Assembly: GCA_022813965.1 (NCBI GenBank)
Contig: JALDZS010000003.1
Location: 310,001-344,435 of the forward strand
Source of the DNA: Toensbergia leucococca
Lineage: Eukaryota
Length of the DNA stretch: 34,435 bases
Reading direction: 5' to 3'
The translations under genes were made by a program, and so were the position numbers. The notes under the pieces are model-generated. The model was not told the origin of the DNA. It saw nothing but the letters and a program-made list of their open reading frames with translations, and ran no database searches. The number at the start of each line of letters is the position of its first letter. Position 1 is the stretch's first letter. Below are positions 12,173-22,683 of the stretch, piece after piece.

Positions 12173-13342
12173 ATGTCGTTGACCAATTGTCGCTTCTATG
12201 AGGAAAAGTACCCCGACATAGAGAGCTTTGTAATGGTCAATGTAAGTATAACCTCTTATTCAGCTTGACGCCCTTGTTAATGCCCATTGCAGGTCACCAA
12301 GGTAAAGCAAGCCTCCCCAAATACAAACCCCGTCATAGCTCATGCATGATCCAGATTGCAGAAATGGGCGCCTACGTCAAGCTATTAGAATACGACAATA
12401 TCGACGGCATGATCCTACTGTCCGAACTTTCAAGACGTCGCATTCGAAGTATACAAAAGCTCATTCGCGTGGGAAGGAACGAGGTGGTGGTAGTGCTCAG
12501 AGTTGACAAGGAGAAGGGTAGGCGATGATATACGTCCACAGCTCAAAATTGGGCGACGCTGATGTGGGTTATGAAAACAGGATACATCGATCTGTCAAAA
12601 CGAAGAGTATCGCCAGAAGATATAGTCAAGTGCGAGGAACGCTTCAACAAAGGCAAAATGGTAGCTTCGATAATGCGCCACGTAGCAGAAAAGACCAAGA
12701 CACCAATGGAGACGCTCTACGCCGAAATCGGCTGGCCCTTGAACAAGAAATACGGACACGCAGTAGACGCATTCAAACTCTCAATAACGTTCACATCTCC
12801 CCTCTCCCCCCACCTAACCCAACCCTCGACGACCCAAATCTAATCAAACTCCCAGAAACCCTGATGTATGGCAAGAAGTAACCTTCCCCTCGGAAATCGT
12901 CAAACAAGAACTCCTCTCCTACATCAGCAAACGCCTGACCCCTCAACCGACCAAAGTCCGCGCCGACGTCGAAGTCACCTGCTTCGGCTACGAAGGCATC
13001 GACGCCGTCAAAAACGCCCTCCGCACCGCAGAAGCCCACAACACCCCCGAAACCCAAGTCAAGGTCAAACTCGTCTCGCCACCCCTCTACGTCCTGACGT
13101 CCCAGTGCCTGGAGAAGAATACGGGCATTGTGACGCTGGAGGAAGCGATCAAGCATATCGAGGAGAATATAAGGGCGAACGGAGGGGGGTGCGTGACGAA
13201 GATGGCGCCGAAGGCGGTGACGGAGAATGATGATGCGGAGTTGCAGGCGTTGATGGAGAAGAGGGAGAGGGAGAATCAGGAGGTTAGTGGGGATGAGAGT
13301 ATGAGTGATAGTGACGAGGGGGTGGTGGCCGAGACGATGTGA
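12173..13342 (+). CDS. SUI2: Translation initiation factor eIF2 alpha subunit, ~311 aa. Exons 12173-12241, 12293-12301 (9-nt microexon), 12355-12517, 12581-12788, 12856-13342
   Basis: [14 protein letters not shown] start; [64 protein letters not shown] (Ser51 phosphosite context); [27 protein letters not shown]; acidic tail. Four GT-AG introns. Confidence 0.97.
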
Positions 13343-13807
13343 CGAGAAAGATCATGGCAAGGAGTGATGACGGGTTAGACGTTTCCATGATAAACACACT
13401 CGGTCTAGGTGCATCAACAGAAAAAGGCAAATTCAGTAAAAAGTTTTTTTCAAATACTGATCGGCGCATTTGGCCGGGCTTATAATCTTTGAGATGTGAT
13501 TTCTTTTTTCTCAACCGTCGTCTTTGGGTACTGGCCCTGAGAGCCTGACTGACTCAAAGAAGAAGAAAAACATAAAAATCTAAATGTATATGACAGCTGG
13601 GGATTCACTGATCATTACTGAATTTAAGTACGTGGTTGAGGGTTGTGATGATAACAGGAACCGGAGAACTTCAGTTGAAATGTGAGTCCTTAATTTCTGT
13701 ACATGGTTGTAAAAGGATTGATGTTTTGTTATACCTTGAATGGAAAGTGTTTGTGTATCAGAAGGGTAGATTTGACTTTCTGACAGAGAATAAAAGGAAT
13801 AATTCAA

Positions 13808-14638
13808 GGGAATTGATACCAGGACACCCCCTTTTGATACAAGGACACCCCCCCCTCCGCCCCCTCCCCTCAGGCGCAGTATATATCACCGAGGGAAATC
13901 TTATCATTTCGCACCACATCTTACCTCGATTCTCTACCACTTCACAAGCCAATTACCTGTTCTATTTGCGTGCCATCTAGAAGTCAAATTACCTAGGGAA
14001 TCATCCTGATCTTGTATCACGTTCTCACCTAATTCTCCAACCATGAATTTCAATTTTCCCCTCACTCAATGAACTCAAACCCTCACCTTCATCTGAGATA
14101 GATTCTCTACTATTGATTCAGAATCCCGCAGTCAATCACTCTTATGATCATTCTACAGGTGTCTGCGGTGTGAGTCAACAACAGACCTTTGATAGAGGTA
14201 CACAGAGAGAATTGTCTCGATTTGAGGTGGTAGAACAAGGTCTTCAGAGGGGTGGCCGGGGTGGCTGAGGTGGCCGAGGACCTAGAGGAGGGCGAGGAAA
14301 TAGAGGGAGGGGGGAGGTGAGGGGGGGGGGAGGTGGAGTTCCTGTGGATAACAGGGTATTTCATGATTTTAGAAGGAGGTAGATAAATTGCGCCCGGGGG
14401 GTGATCGTGCGCCCAGGGATGTGGGGGAATGAAGTCAGGATGTGGTACAAAAGCATGGTTTTCCTCCTAGATAATTTGGCTTCTAGACGGCACACAAATA
14501 GAACAAGTAAATAGTTTGCAGATGTGGTGGGGAATGGAGGCAAATTGTGGTGCAGAATGATAATATTTCCCTCGGTGATATTGCGCCTGAGGGGGTGTGT
14601 CCTTTGTATCAAAAGGGGGTGTCCTGGTATCAATTCCC
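13808..14638. mobile_element. Non-autonomous DNA transposon/MITE with ~215-230 bp terminal inverted repeats (Mutator-like structure)
   Basis: The terminal 35 bp GGGAATTGATACCAGGACACCCCCTTTTGATACAA at 13808 is a perfect inverted match to the end at 14638. Imperfect similarity continues to ~14038 and ~14423. The two near-identical short ORFs starting IPGHPLLIQ on opposite strands reflect this. Flanks TAATTCAA / TAATTTTA give a possible degenerate 8-bp TSD. No transposase ORF. Confidence 0.85.
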
Positions 14639-14963
14639 TAATTTTATTATAGACTACAAGAAATCATATTGCTATGATTCAATCAATTGAATGAGTGAAC
14701 TGTAAGGTAAGAATAGTTCTGTGACATCACACTCTTTCATTCTGGCAAATGGGTATTCTCATGATTGTACATCATTCTTCACCTCTATGATGTGCAATTT
14801 ACCTTCTCTGCTGCACCGTGAAAAATGACTACAATTCAGAGGCCTGAAATGATCCATCATACACTTTCACTCCCTCTACTCCTGTTCACTCTTTCAGCTC
14901 CTTTCCACCTTCTGTGTCGGATCTGCTTGCTTTGCAATCTCGTCACCGGCACAATAAAAGCTT

Positions 14964-16974
14964 TCAGATCAACGGGATATCTCGTAGAGGCTTAAGAGCT
15001 TCTCGTTCTTTCCCACTGAGGGAAAAGTCTTCTTGATATGACATACCAGGCATCTGGGATCCAGCTAGTCGCCGTAACTCCATGTTCGAGGACTTCAATA
15101 CGTCAAGAGCGGATATGGTATCACCGTCGCCTATAGGCTCCAAGATCATGGTTTCGTCGTCATCATCAGTAACGTTGAGTAAACATTGGCGGATAATGTT
15201 CTGGATTCGGTCCGCCTCAACGGGCATCTTGGAGTCCGAGGGGTGTTCCGGATAGCCCGCCTCTTGTTAGGAAACGCGTTTTAGCATCGTTCCACCAGAG
15301 GATCAATGTGTACTTACTAAAGGCATGCGCAATTCTTGCTAAATTCAATGTCATGGCCGTCTCCGTCTCCTTTGTGATACCGCGTTTCTCCTCCGCGAGC
15401 TTGCTAGTCCAATACTTGACCTGAGCACTTCCTTCTTCCAATTCCTCATAGAGCTGTTTAGCGTTGAAATCAGGCTCTTTCGCCTCCATGTACTTCACGT
15501 ACTTCGTATCTTTTAGAGACTCTCGCATAGCGGCGATAAGCTCTAGATCGACTTTGAGCAGTTCTTTGGCGGGTCCTGATCCCATGTTTGAGAGGGAGAT
15601 GCTAGATTCGGAGTTTAGCAATAGCATTGCGCGCTCATCCAGTGCCGGGTTTTGTGTTTGTCTTGCACGCACGGCATTGATGACCACTTCAATGGTAGGG
15701 AGGGTATGAAAGAGGCATTCTATTAACTCCGACAAATCTTGAGTACAACATTCCAATGGTGCGGGCTGCTCGTCGGCGATATCTTGATCATAGTCCGAGG
15801 AATCATCTCTTAGGGGAAGTTGAGATATCTCAGGAATAGAGAACAGCCCTTGCAGTCTTAATACCGAGGCAGAGTCTGTCGGTTCTCCCAGGACGGATAG
15901 CATATACTCTGGAAATATGGGTTCTATCAGTGATTCCATTCAAAAAGAAGCATACAACAGTAAAACATGATATTTGGAAGCTGGACATGGACTCTATCTG
16001 CAAGGGCTAGGAGATTTAATAGGAACAAACGCTGGGTATAAATGAAGAAAAACAACTGACTCGGTCTTGCAAATTCTGAATGAAAGCTAATCATGAGGGT
16101 ATAACTGACCAAGCGCGATCGCAATCTCGGCAAGGATTGCTGCTACGTTATTTTTCAACATGCTGACACTGTCAGATTGCTGGTTGAATGCCTGATCAAT
16201 ACTGATTGGGCCGTGAAACATTCCTGAGCCCCATAAGCTTAGACGTTCAAGAAGGACTTTAAAGATTGGCTCATGAGTTGAGTATCGCACAGCAGAAGTA
16301 CGCAAGATATCTAGTGAAGTAGAGTAAAGAAGTTCGGTGACAGAGCGGAAGACTTCAGCTCCCCGAGATTCATTCTGTTGGCTCGCGATGTCTTCCGAGG
16401 CCATTGAGGGCTCTATATGCCTGGGCTGCGCGTGCTCTCGACTTTGGACTTGGTGCGTAGGTTGAGACATTTCGAGTATTGGATCATTACTCGCCAGGCT
16501 GACATAGTAGCCTGGTGCGGGTGGTGCGATTGTCAGAAGTCCATCGTTACAATCTTTCAACGTGTTCAGCAGAACGGTCAACTCCCTTTGGCCATCAATC
16601 ATGAAGTCGACACGTTTAAGCTTGTTCTGCCACGTACGGTGCGCAATGTCGTCTCCTGGCTTTTCAATTCCGTATTTTTGGAACATTAGCTGGGATTCTC
16701 TAAGGTACTTCTCCATGGGTGCAAGGATAATCGTCAAAGACTCTCTGGCATTATCTGGAATTTTAGTGAGGAGAGACTCTACATCTCTTTCGTTTTCGAT
16801 GCCCATGCGCCTTTTCCATTCTGCGTATCTCGCCTGCTCTGTGATCAGACGGACATAAAGTGCGTCAGCGCGAGGATCACCGAAAGCGCGGCGGAGAAAC
16901 CTCACACCCCTGAAAATGTTGTCAGCAAGAGCGACGAAGTTGACTATAAAAGTTATGCCGCTGAGAGCCTCCAT
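14964..16974 (-). CDS. HeLo (prion-inhibition and propagation) domain protein with a second helical fungal domain, ~584 aa. Exons 16974-16110, 15908-15318, 15262-14964
   Basis: N-terminus MEALSGITFIVNFVALADNIFRG...LYVRLITEQARYAEWKRRMGI and LKRVDFMIDGQRELTVLLNTLKDCNDGLLTIAP resemble the HeLo pattern (L..E..R...W...G; LKW...K..L..LL..L...NDGL..L.P). Introns GTCAGT 16109..CAG 15909 and GTAAGT 15317..AAG 15263 join three ORF-track pieces in frame (1755 nt). Confidence 0.8.
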
Positions 16975-17406
16975 TAGAAAAGCATTTAGGGCAATATTTA
17001 TCTAATGGATGGGGAGTTTGGATTGAAAGCTGAGACGTGTCCACCCAATCTGTCCAGTATTGTTCTAAACATCGACAGGTTGCACACTTGATGATGATCC
17101 TGCTGCCAAGCCGATAGTCAAACAAGGCTGCGATAAGGAGCAGCTGAATGGTTGAAAGGGTACTGAGGCTAGCCTATCATGGCCACTGCTGCAGTCGATT
17201 CCAGATTTCCTGGAGTCTTGAAGGTTACCGTGTTAAGCCACAGCGCACCTAATAGGCTGTCACTTTGTATGCCTGCTGCCTTATCAAGCTGCTCCTATTT
17301 TTAACCACCAGGTGCAGCCTTGCTGCAAAAGTGCATAAAATACATGCATTTCTCAGTCTGTTCAAAGTTCCTTTGACTTAGTGAATTCGCTCTTCAAGTA
17401 TAAAAT
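16975..17406. promoter_or_regulatory. Putative bidirectional promoter region between the divergent HeLo genes
   Basis: 432 bp separate two divergent start codons (16974 minus, 17407 plus). Inferred from gene geometry only. Confidence 0.5.
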
Positions 17407-19249
17407 ATGGCAGACCCCATAACAATCACGCTTGCGACTTTGGCGCTGCTTGATCCTGCCATCAAGGCTTGTCGTAAAGCATATGGAACATATCAGCTTA
17501 CTAAAAATTTTGGAAACCATTACAGCGCTGTGCAACTGAGACTTAAAGGGCAGCAAGCCTGTCTTGAAACAGCCCTCAGTACCGAGCTTATGATCAAACC
17601 TGATGGGGACGTCCTAAACAACATCAATGAACAACTTGGTAACATTAGATACCACTTTCAATCATGCCAAGATATCGTTGCAAACATTGAAGGTCATCTC
17701 AGTACACTGCCCTTACACGTGCAAAATCAAGTGTGCAAGCCGAAATGCTGATGTTGGCAAAGGTACTCCCAAGGATTCACCGAGAAAGGCTGAGATGCAG
17801 GAGCCCGTCGCCACGATTAATCAACAGAGCAAAAAAGTGGACCATCCGAAAAACATATGGCTTAAAGCCCGGAGCTTGGTTTCCAGACGTGACCGATCGT
17901 CCAAAAAAGATGTCACTTCATCACCTTCTAATTCTGATGCGCAGTCGGACACAACGGTAGCAACCTCAAAAAGCACCCTCACAACTCCTCTTTCTCTGCC
18001 ACAATCAATACAAGGCGAAGATATTCAAATGGCAACCAACCATCAGGTATCTGCTTCAAAACATCTTCAAGATGTCGCGACGGCAATGGTCAAGACAAAA
18101 TGGTTAGGTCAAAGAAAAACCTTCATCGCACATCTTGATAATATACAAACAAGTCTTAATTTTGTTACAGACGTGGTCAAGTTGAGAGCCTTGGCGGATA
18201 TTCGCAAGATGTTAGTGGCACCAGTATTCAATGGAAGTATCCCGGACGACGCCAAGGCAGCGCAAGACTCACTGCGACGGCTTCACCGTGCTTTGGTAGA
18301 ACTCAATAAGCGGGAAAAGAGCTCCTCGAAACAACGGCCGCTTACCCTGAGTATTCGGATTATGAAAGCAGCGGGTTATGTGCAGACAAAGAAGAAAGTT
18401 CAGTGGGACCATGAGTACCTCACCTTGCGACAAAGTTCAGCTGTCTATCCCCTTCAAGTTGATTTCGCAAACGAGAAACATAGCAAGATGATGCTGGCAG
18501 AGACCAAATTAGCTGCACCGACGTCGACCACGAAATCAAACGTGCCCAACATGGATTTTTCACTTTCCCAATTACTCTGCGATATAGACGAAGCCTCAGA
18601 CTATTCATTCAAAGCTATTGGATCCATTTTGACTCCAGAATCATCCGCAGACATCCACGAGCTTTTGCAAGACATTAGCACCTTCTGGACCCTCCAAGAT
18701 ACCCTGGAGGGGCTGATAAAACGAACAAAGAAGTACCGAACCTTTATTAAACTTGCAGTCCAAATAGGCATCTCATATATGCATTTTGCATCAATTGCCA
18801 CATCGCACTCTTACCCTAGGCTTTCGGACTATCGATACTACAGTCCTGTCCCCGGCGAGGGGAAAGACATTGGACCCGAGCATGTCCTCATGCCCTTTTT
18901 GAGCGCCGGCTTCGGATCGAAAGCGCCTAAGAAAGGTACCAGCGAGATAGGGGGCTTTGAGAGCCAGGCCATACTCAAGGACGAAATGATGACTAGGCTT
19001 GGCCTCATTCTTCATCAAGTAGGGTGCTGGAGCGTTTTCGATGAGATGGACTTGGTGACGGCGAGAGAAACTGCAAAGTCGAAGAGAGACGACCTCATGT
19101 TCAGTGCGGGAATGCCTTTTGCACAGATTGTCGACTTGTGTTTGGATTCCAAGGACGGAGAGTTTGATCCCCTGGCACAGTCGAGAAGAATCTATGGAAT
19201 TGTGATTGTACCTCTCCAAAGGATCGTGGATGAGCTGAGATGGGATTGA
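17407..19249 (+). CDS. HeLo-like N-terminal domain plus degenerate kinase-like (DUF7580-like) C-terminal domain, ~590 aa. Exons 17407-17692 (or -17701) and 17763-19249
   Basis: MADPITITLATLALLDPAIKACRKAYGTYQLTKNFGNHYSAVQLRLKGQQACL resembles a HeLo N-terminus, and KTKWLGQRKTFIAHLDNI resembles the closing helix. C-terminal KLAVQIGISYMHF...DYRYY...PFLSAGFG...RLGLILHQVGCW...FAQIVDLCL...YGIVIVPLQRI resembles the kinase-like C-lobe of fungal HeLo-kinase proteins. One phase-1 intron (branch GCTGAT 17747, AG 17761-17762) with two possible donors. Confidence 0.8.
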
Positions 19250-19957
19250 AGAAACAAAACACGTGTTTTCATTGACCTAGTTTGAATCTTTCCTCGGAGT
19301 AAAGCATGTCATTTGTTAGAACAAGCCATCTTTTCTTCAGATAGGTGTCACTCTATCGAAGGAGCGTGTTAGTGTACTGGTAGCCATCTTTGTTGTTGTA
19401 AGGGTTCTTCTGGTGGTTGGTGGTGCCAGGGCGAGGATCGAGAAATCGAGGTGTTAGACTGTGGGCCTCGGAGGCATGTGCTCGGAATTCGGACTTTCGG
19501 ACTTTGCACCTGCACGCTAGATTACGTAATGATAGCTAGTTATCTTAGGTAGGTACGTAGGTAGTAGATAGCTAGTTTTTAGCTGAGAAATTGAACATCT
19601 TTTCACCTCATGATTTTCCTAGACTAGGATTTTAGTTGGTAGTTGATGGTGACTAAGATCCTTCACGTCGAGTAGGACTCTTGTATATATTGAAAGATCT
19701 TATACGTCGATTATGATTCTCATATACATTGATAATTGCATCTATGAATTGAGCTCGTTTTTCTGGTGGTAATCCCTTGCTATGTGCCTGGCTCGTGATG
19801 ATTCTAGGTAACTTAGAGGCAAATATCTAGGTTGTGGGCCGGAGCAATGATGATCCGGACCCGGGGGCAAGAAACCTAAGATAGAACCGTGACAGATTCT
19901 TTATGAACGCACAAGTCTCAACATCATGCTAAGGTCAAGGTCTTGAAGTAAACTTAC

Positions 19958-21283
19958 TTAGAGATAGATCTTAAAAGGAAAGGCAACCAGAAAAAGTAAA
20001 GAAAAACTCAAACTCGTATGAGTAAAACTCAGAAAGAAAATCAAGTCTGTTATCTCAGGATTCAAGCCCTGAAAGAATACCCCCTCAAATTGAGGTGCCT
20101 CTTTCCCCCTCCTCCCCCTTCTCACCCTTTCCCCCCTTCTCGCCATTCTCCCCTTCTTCCCCCTTTCCCCACTCTCCCCCCTCTCCCCCATCTCCCTCAT
20201 CTCCATTCTCATCCCCGTCTCCTCGCTCTCCTCCCCGGCCGTTTTCTTCCCCGCCCAAAACCGCCACACCCACCAAAACATCCCCCCTTTCTCCCTCCTC
20301 GCCTCCCTCTCAAGCCACCTCTTCTCCTCCCTCTCCAATTTTCTCTTCCTCTTGGTATCCGCCTCTGCCAGCCTCCACCCCTCCTCGTCTCTGAAAATAT
20401 TGTTAGTACCCTTTTTCTGCGACACCTCCATAAATCCCCATTCACTCACAAACGTCGCATCTCTCTCAACTCCCCACTCTCCCCAACTTCACCCCCCACC
20501 TCGCCCAATACAATCTTCCCTCGACACGATTAAAGCGTCATGGACAAAGTCCAGAGGACAACCGCGTGGTTTTAAAAATTGTGAATGAGTTTCACAACTT
20601 CCGAGGTCGGTCTCCTCACCTCCTCCGCGGTATTTGCTTAGGGTATCCCCTGTCTGGGCTCGGATGAGTTTACTGAATTCTCAGGTTGGAGCGCCTACTT
20701 AACGATTACCTAATTTCTGTGACTGAAATTAGGATCCGGGAAGGAGCAGTGGCCCTGTTCACGGCCAGTATGAGGGCAGTGAGATGCGCCTCAATTCTCT
20801 AAAGAGACAAGAGAATCTCCTCACTGCGGTCCGGACAAGGAGGATGAGCTTCTTCAGTGAGAGGGATGTCGTTGATGAGAGTAAGGTTCGCACAAAGCTT
20901 TGAAGGAGATGGCAGATTGCAGCATGGATAAGGCCACTGGCTCAGGGTTCCGACAACCTCAATGAATTGTGATCGCGTCTGGCAATGGTGCGAATGTGAA
21001 AATGTGATGATATCCGAAGATGAAAAATCTAGACGATGAACAACAAAGAATCCCTGTCACATGAAGTCAGTGATTGCAAGTACTTTGTAGGGATTGTTGA
21101 TGGTGTAGTGAGAGACGAGAGAGAGGGCTGATAAGAAGAAAATAGCAGTTGAGAAAGGATGAGTTTGATGAAAAGTGGGAGAAGGGAAAAGAAAACTCAC
21201 GCCACCACAATGGGTGCTACCACCCCTCCCAGAACAGCCCCCACGATCGTCGAGTTAGTTGCGTGTTTTTGAATATTTGTCAT
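19958..21283 (-). pseudogene. Possible decayed single-pass membrane protein gene
   Basis: ATG 21283 gives MTNIQKHATNSTIVGAVLGGVVAPIVVA (TM-like) followed by a GTGAGT donor at 21200. Downstream, a protein-like frame (FSKLIRAQTGDTLSKYRGGGEETDLG...GRGGG*SWGEWGVERDATFVSEWGF...) is interrupted by stops. I could not build an intact spliced model. Confidence 0.3.
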
Positions 21284-21314
21284 TTTGTCATTTTGTAAGG
21301 ATTGCACGTAAGAG

Positions 21315-21387
21315 AGTATTTTGCTTGCTTTGTGATATAGAGAGAAGCAAAATAAGTATTTTGCTTTGTGATACAGAGAGAAGCAAA
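21315..21387. repeat. Tandem duplication with ~40-bp period
   Basis: AGTATTTTGCTTGCTTTGTGATATAGAGAGAAGCAAA (21315) and AGTATTTTGCTTTGTGATACAGAGAGAAGCAAA (21355). Confidence 0.8.
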
Positions 21388-22335
21388 GGAAGAAGTGAAG
21401 AAAACAATCATGACTGATACAGGTTGCTAATGATGGAAAACTTCTTAGATTTCCGAATCAAGTAGGCACGAGTGGCACCACAGATTCGAGAAATCTATAA
21501 GCTTGAAACACTTTCAATCAGCGTCAGATACCAAGAAGTCACATCTAATGTACATTGAAAGATAGTCCTAATGAAAGCCATCACAAGAGCATAGGATAAG
21601 AGGTTGACAATTGAATTCACTGAAACCGCAGTGTGAATAACCCATCTCCTTTGAGTGTATTCAATGCACTTTACCAGTCAGAAACATGGCTCGCCACGGT
21701 GGAATGCAAAGGTGTCTATTAACATGAGGTGAACAGCCTTCACTGCTTTGATGATGTCGGAAATCCCAGCTTTGCTCCTCTTGTTTCGGAGGCTTCTCAT
21801 GAAACAATGAACAGACCTTTTTTGATGAATGAGAAGAGATTCAATATGAATCATGCGCAGATATGAATGATTTATAGAGTACTCTGAAGACTCCCTTCAT
21901 GAGCGCAAAATCTCCCCTTATCCCTTTTAGTGTTACTCCGATACGGGCACGGCGGGTAGCTATTGAGCGGCACCAGCGGGGTAAGATGTGATGTCGCTAA
22001 TTGGCGGAAATTAGGATAACCCCGCGTTTTATTCTAGTAGGACATCTAGCATAAATTGCCTCGAATGCATCTGTGCATTTCATAGTTTTCTAAGCGTGCT
22101 AAGGTACGAGGTAGGTACCTTATTCTATTTACCTTACCTTATGAACTTCAAAGCAGCGGCAAGCTTGGCAAGCTTGGTTTCGCGCAAAGTCAGGCCACAC
22201 CCAAAAACAGCGTTGCATCAACTAAAATCAAGTCTACCGGAGTCTTTCTGACGACAGGCTCAGGTATCTTCTACCTAGTAGTGTGTCTGCTTGTTTAGCT
22301 TGGCCCTTCAGCCTGCTATCTATCATAGTAGCAGG

Positions 22336-22374
22336 TACCTACCACCTACCTACCTACCTCCTACCTACCTACCT
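22336..22374. repeat. Imperfect (TACC)n microsatellite
   Basis: TACCTACCACCTACCTACCTACCTCCTACCTACCTACCT, upstream of the CFEM gene. Confidence 0.8.
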
Positions 22375-22683
22375 TATGTGCTTGCCCGAATGTCATCATC
22401 GCGCATTGCTGTTCTAGATTGAGGGCAAGATAAGGTGGCCTCGTACCTTGGTCTTTCATACCTAAGCTCAACCTGCATGCCAACCATCAAGCATGCTGGA
22501 TTGCCCGCATTCCCGCCCAGCCTCCTCAACCAACTTATCCGATTGGTGAGGAAATACATGCATGTTTTACACCCTCCACCCATGGAATAGAATAAGAACC
22601 TGGAAGTACCACTTGACTTTCATCACTCTTGCCTACCAACCAATCTCTCTTTGGAGAACCAAATTCCAAGAGACTCGGCAGCC

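Noticed and set aside
13636..14633. Two similar short ORFs on opposite strands as duplicated genes
   Set aside because: They are translations of the two arms of the inverted repeat.
14964..19249. Amyloid signalling motif (HET-s PFD/HRAM, PP/RHIM-like, sigma) or NLR (NACHT/NB-ARC) domain in the HeLo pair
   Set aside because: I found no G/N/Q-patterned pseudo-repeat at either terminus and no Walker A P-loop in either protein.
20018..20533. Pro-rich plus-strand ORFs (171 aa and 99 aa)
   Set aside because: By-products of a C/T-rich low-complexity tract with no recognisable domain.
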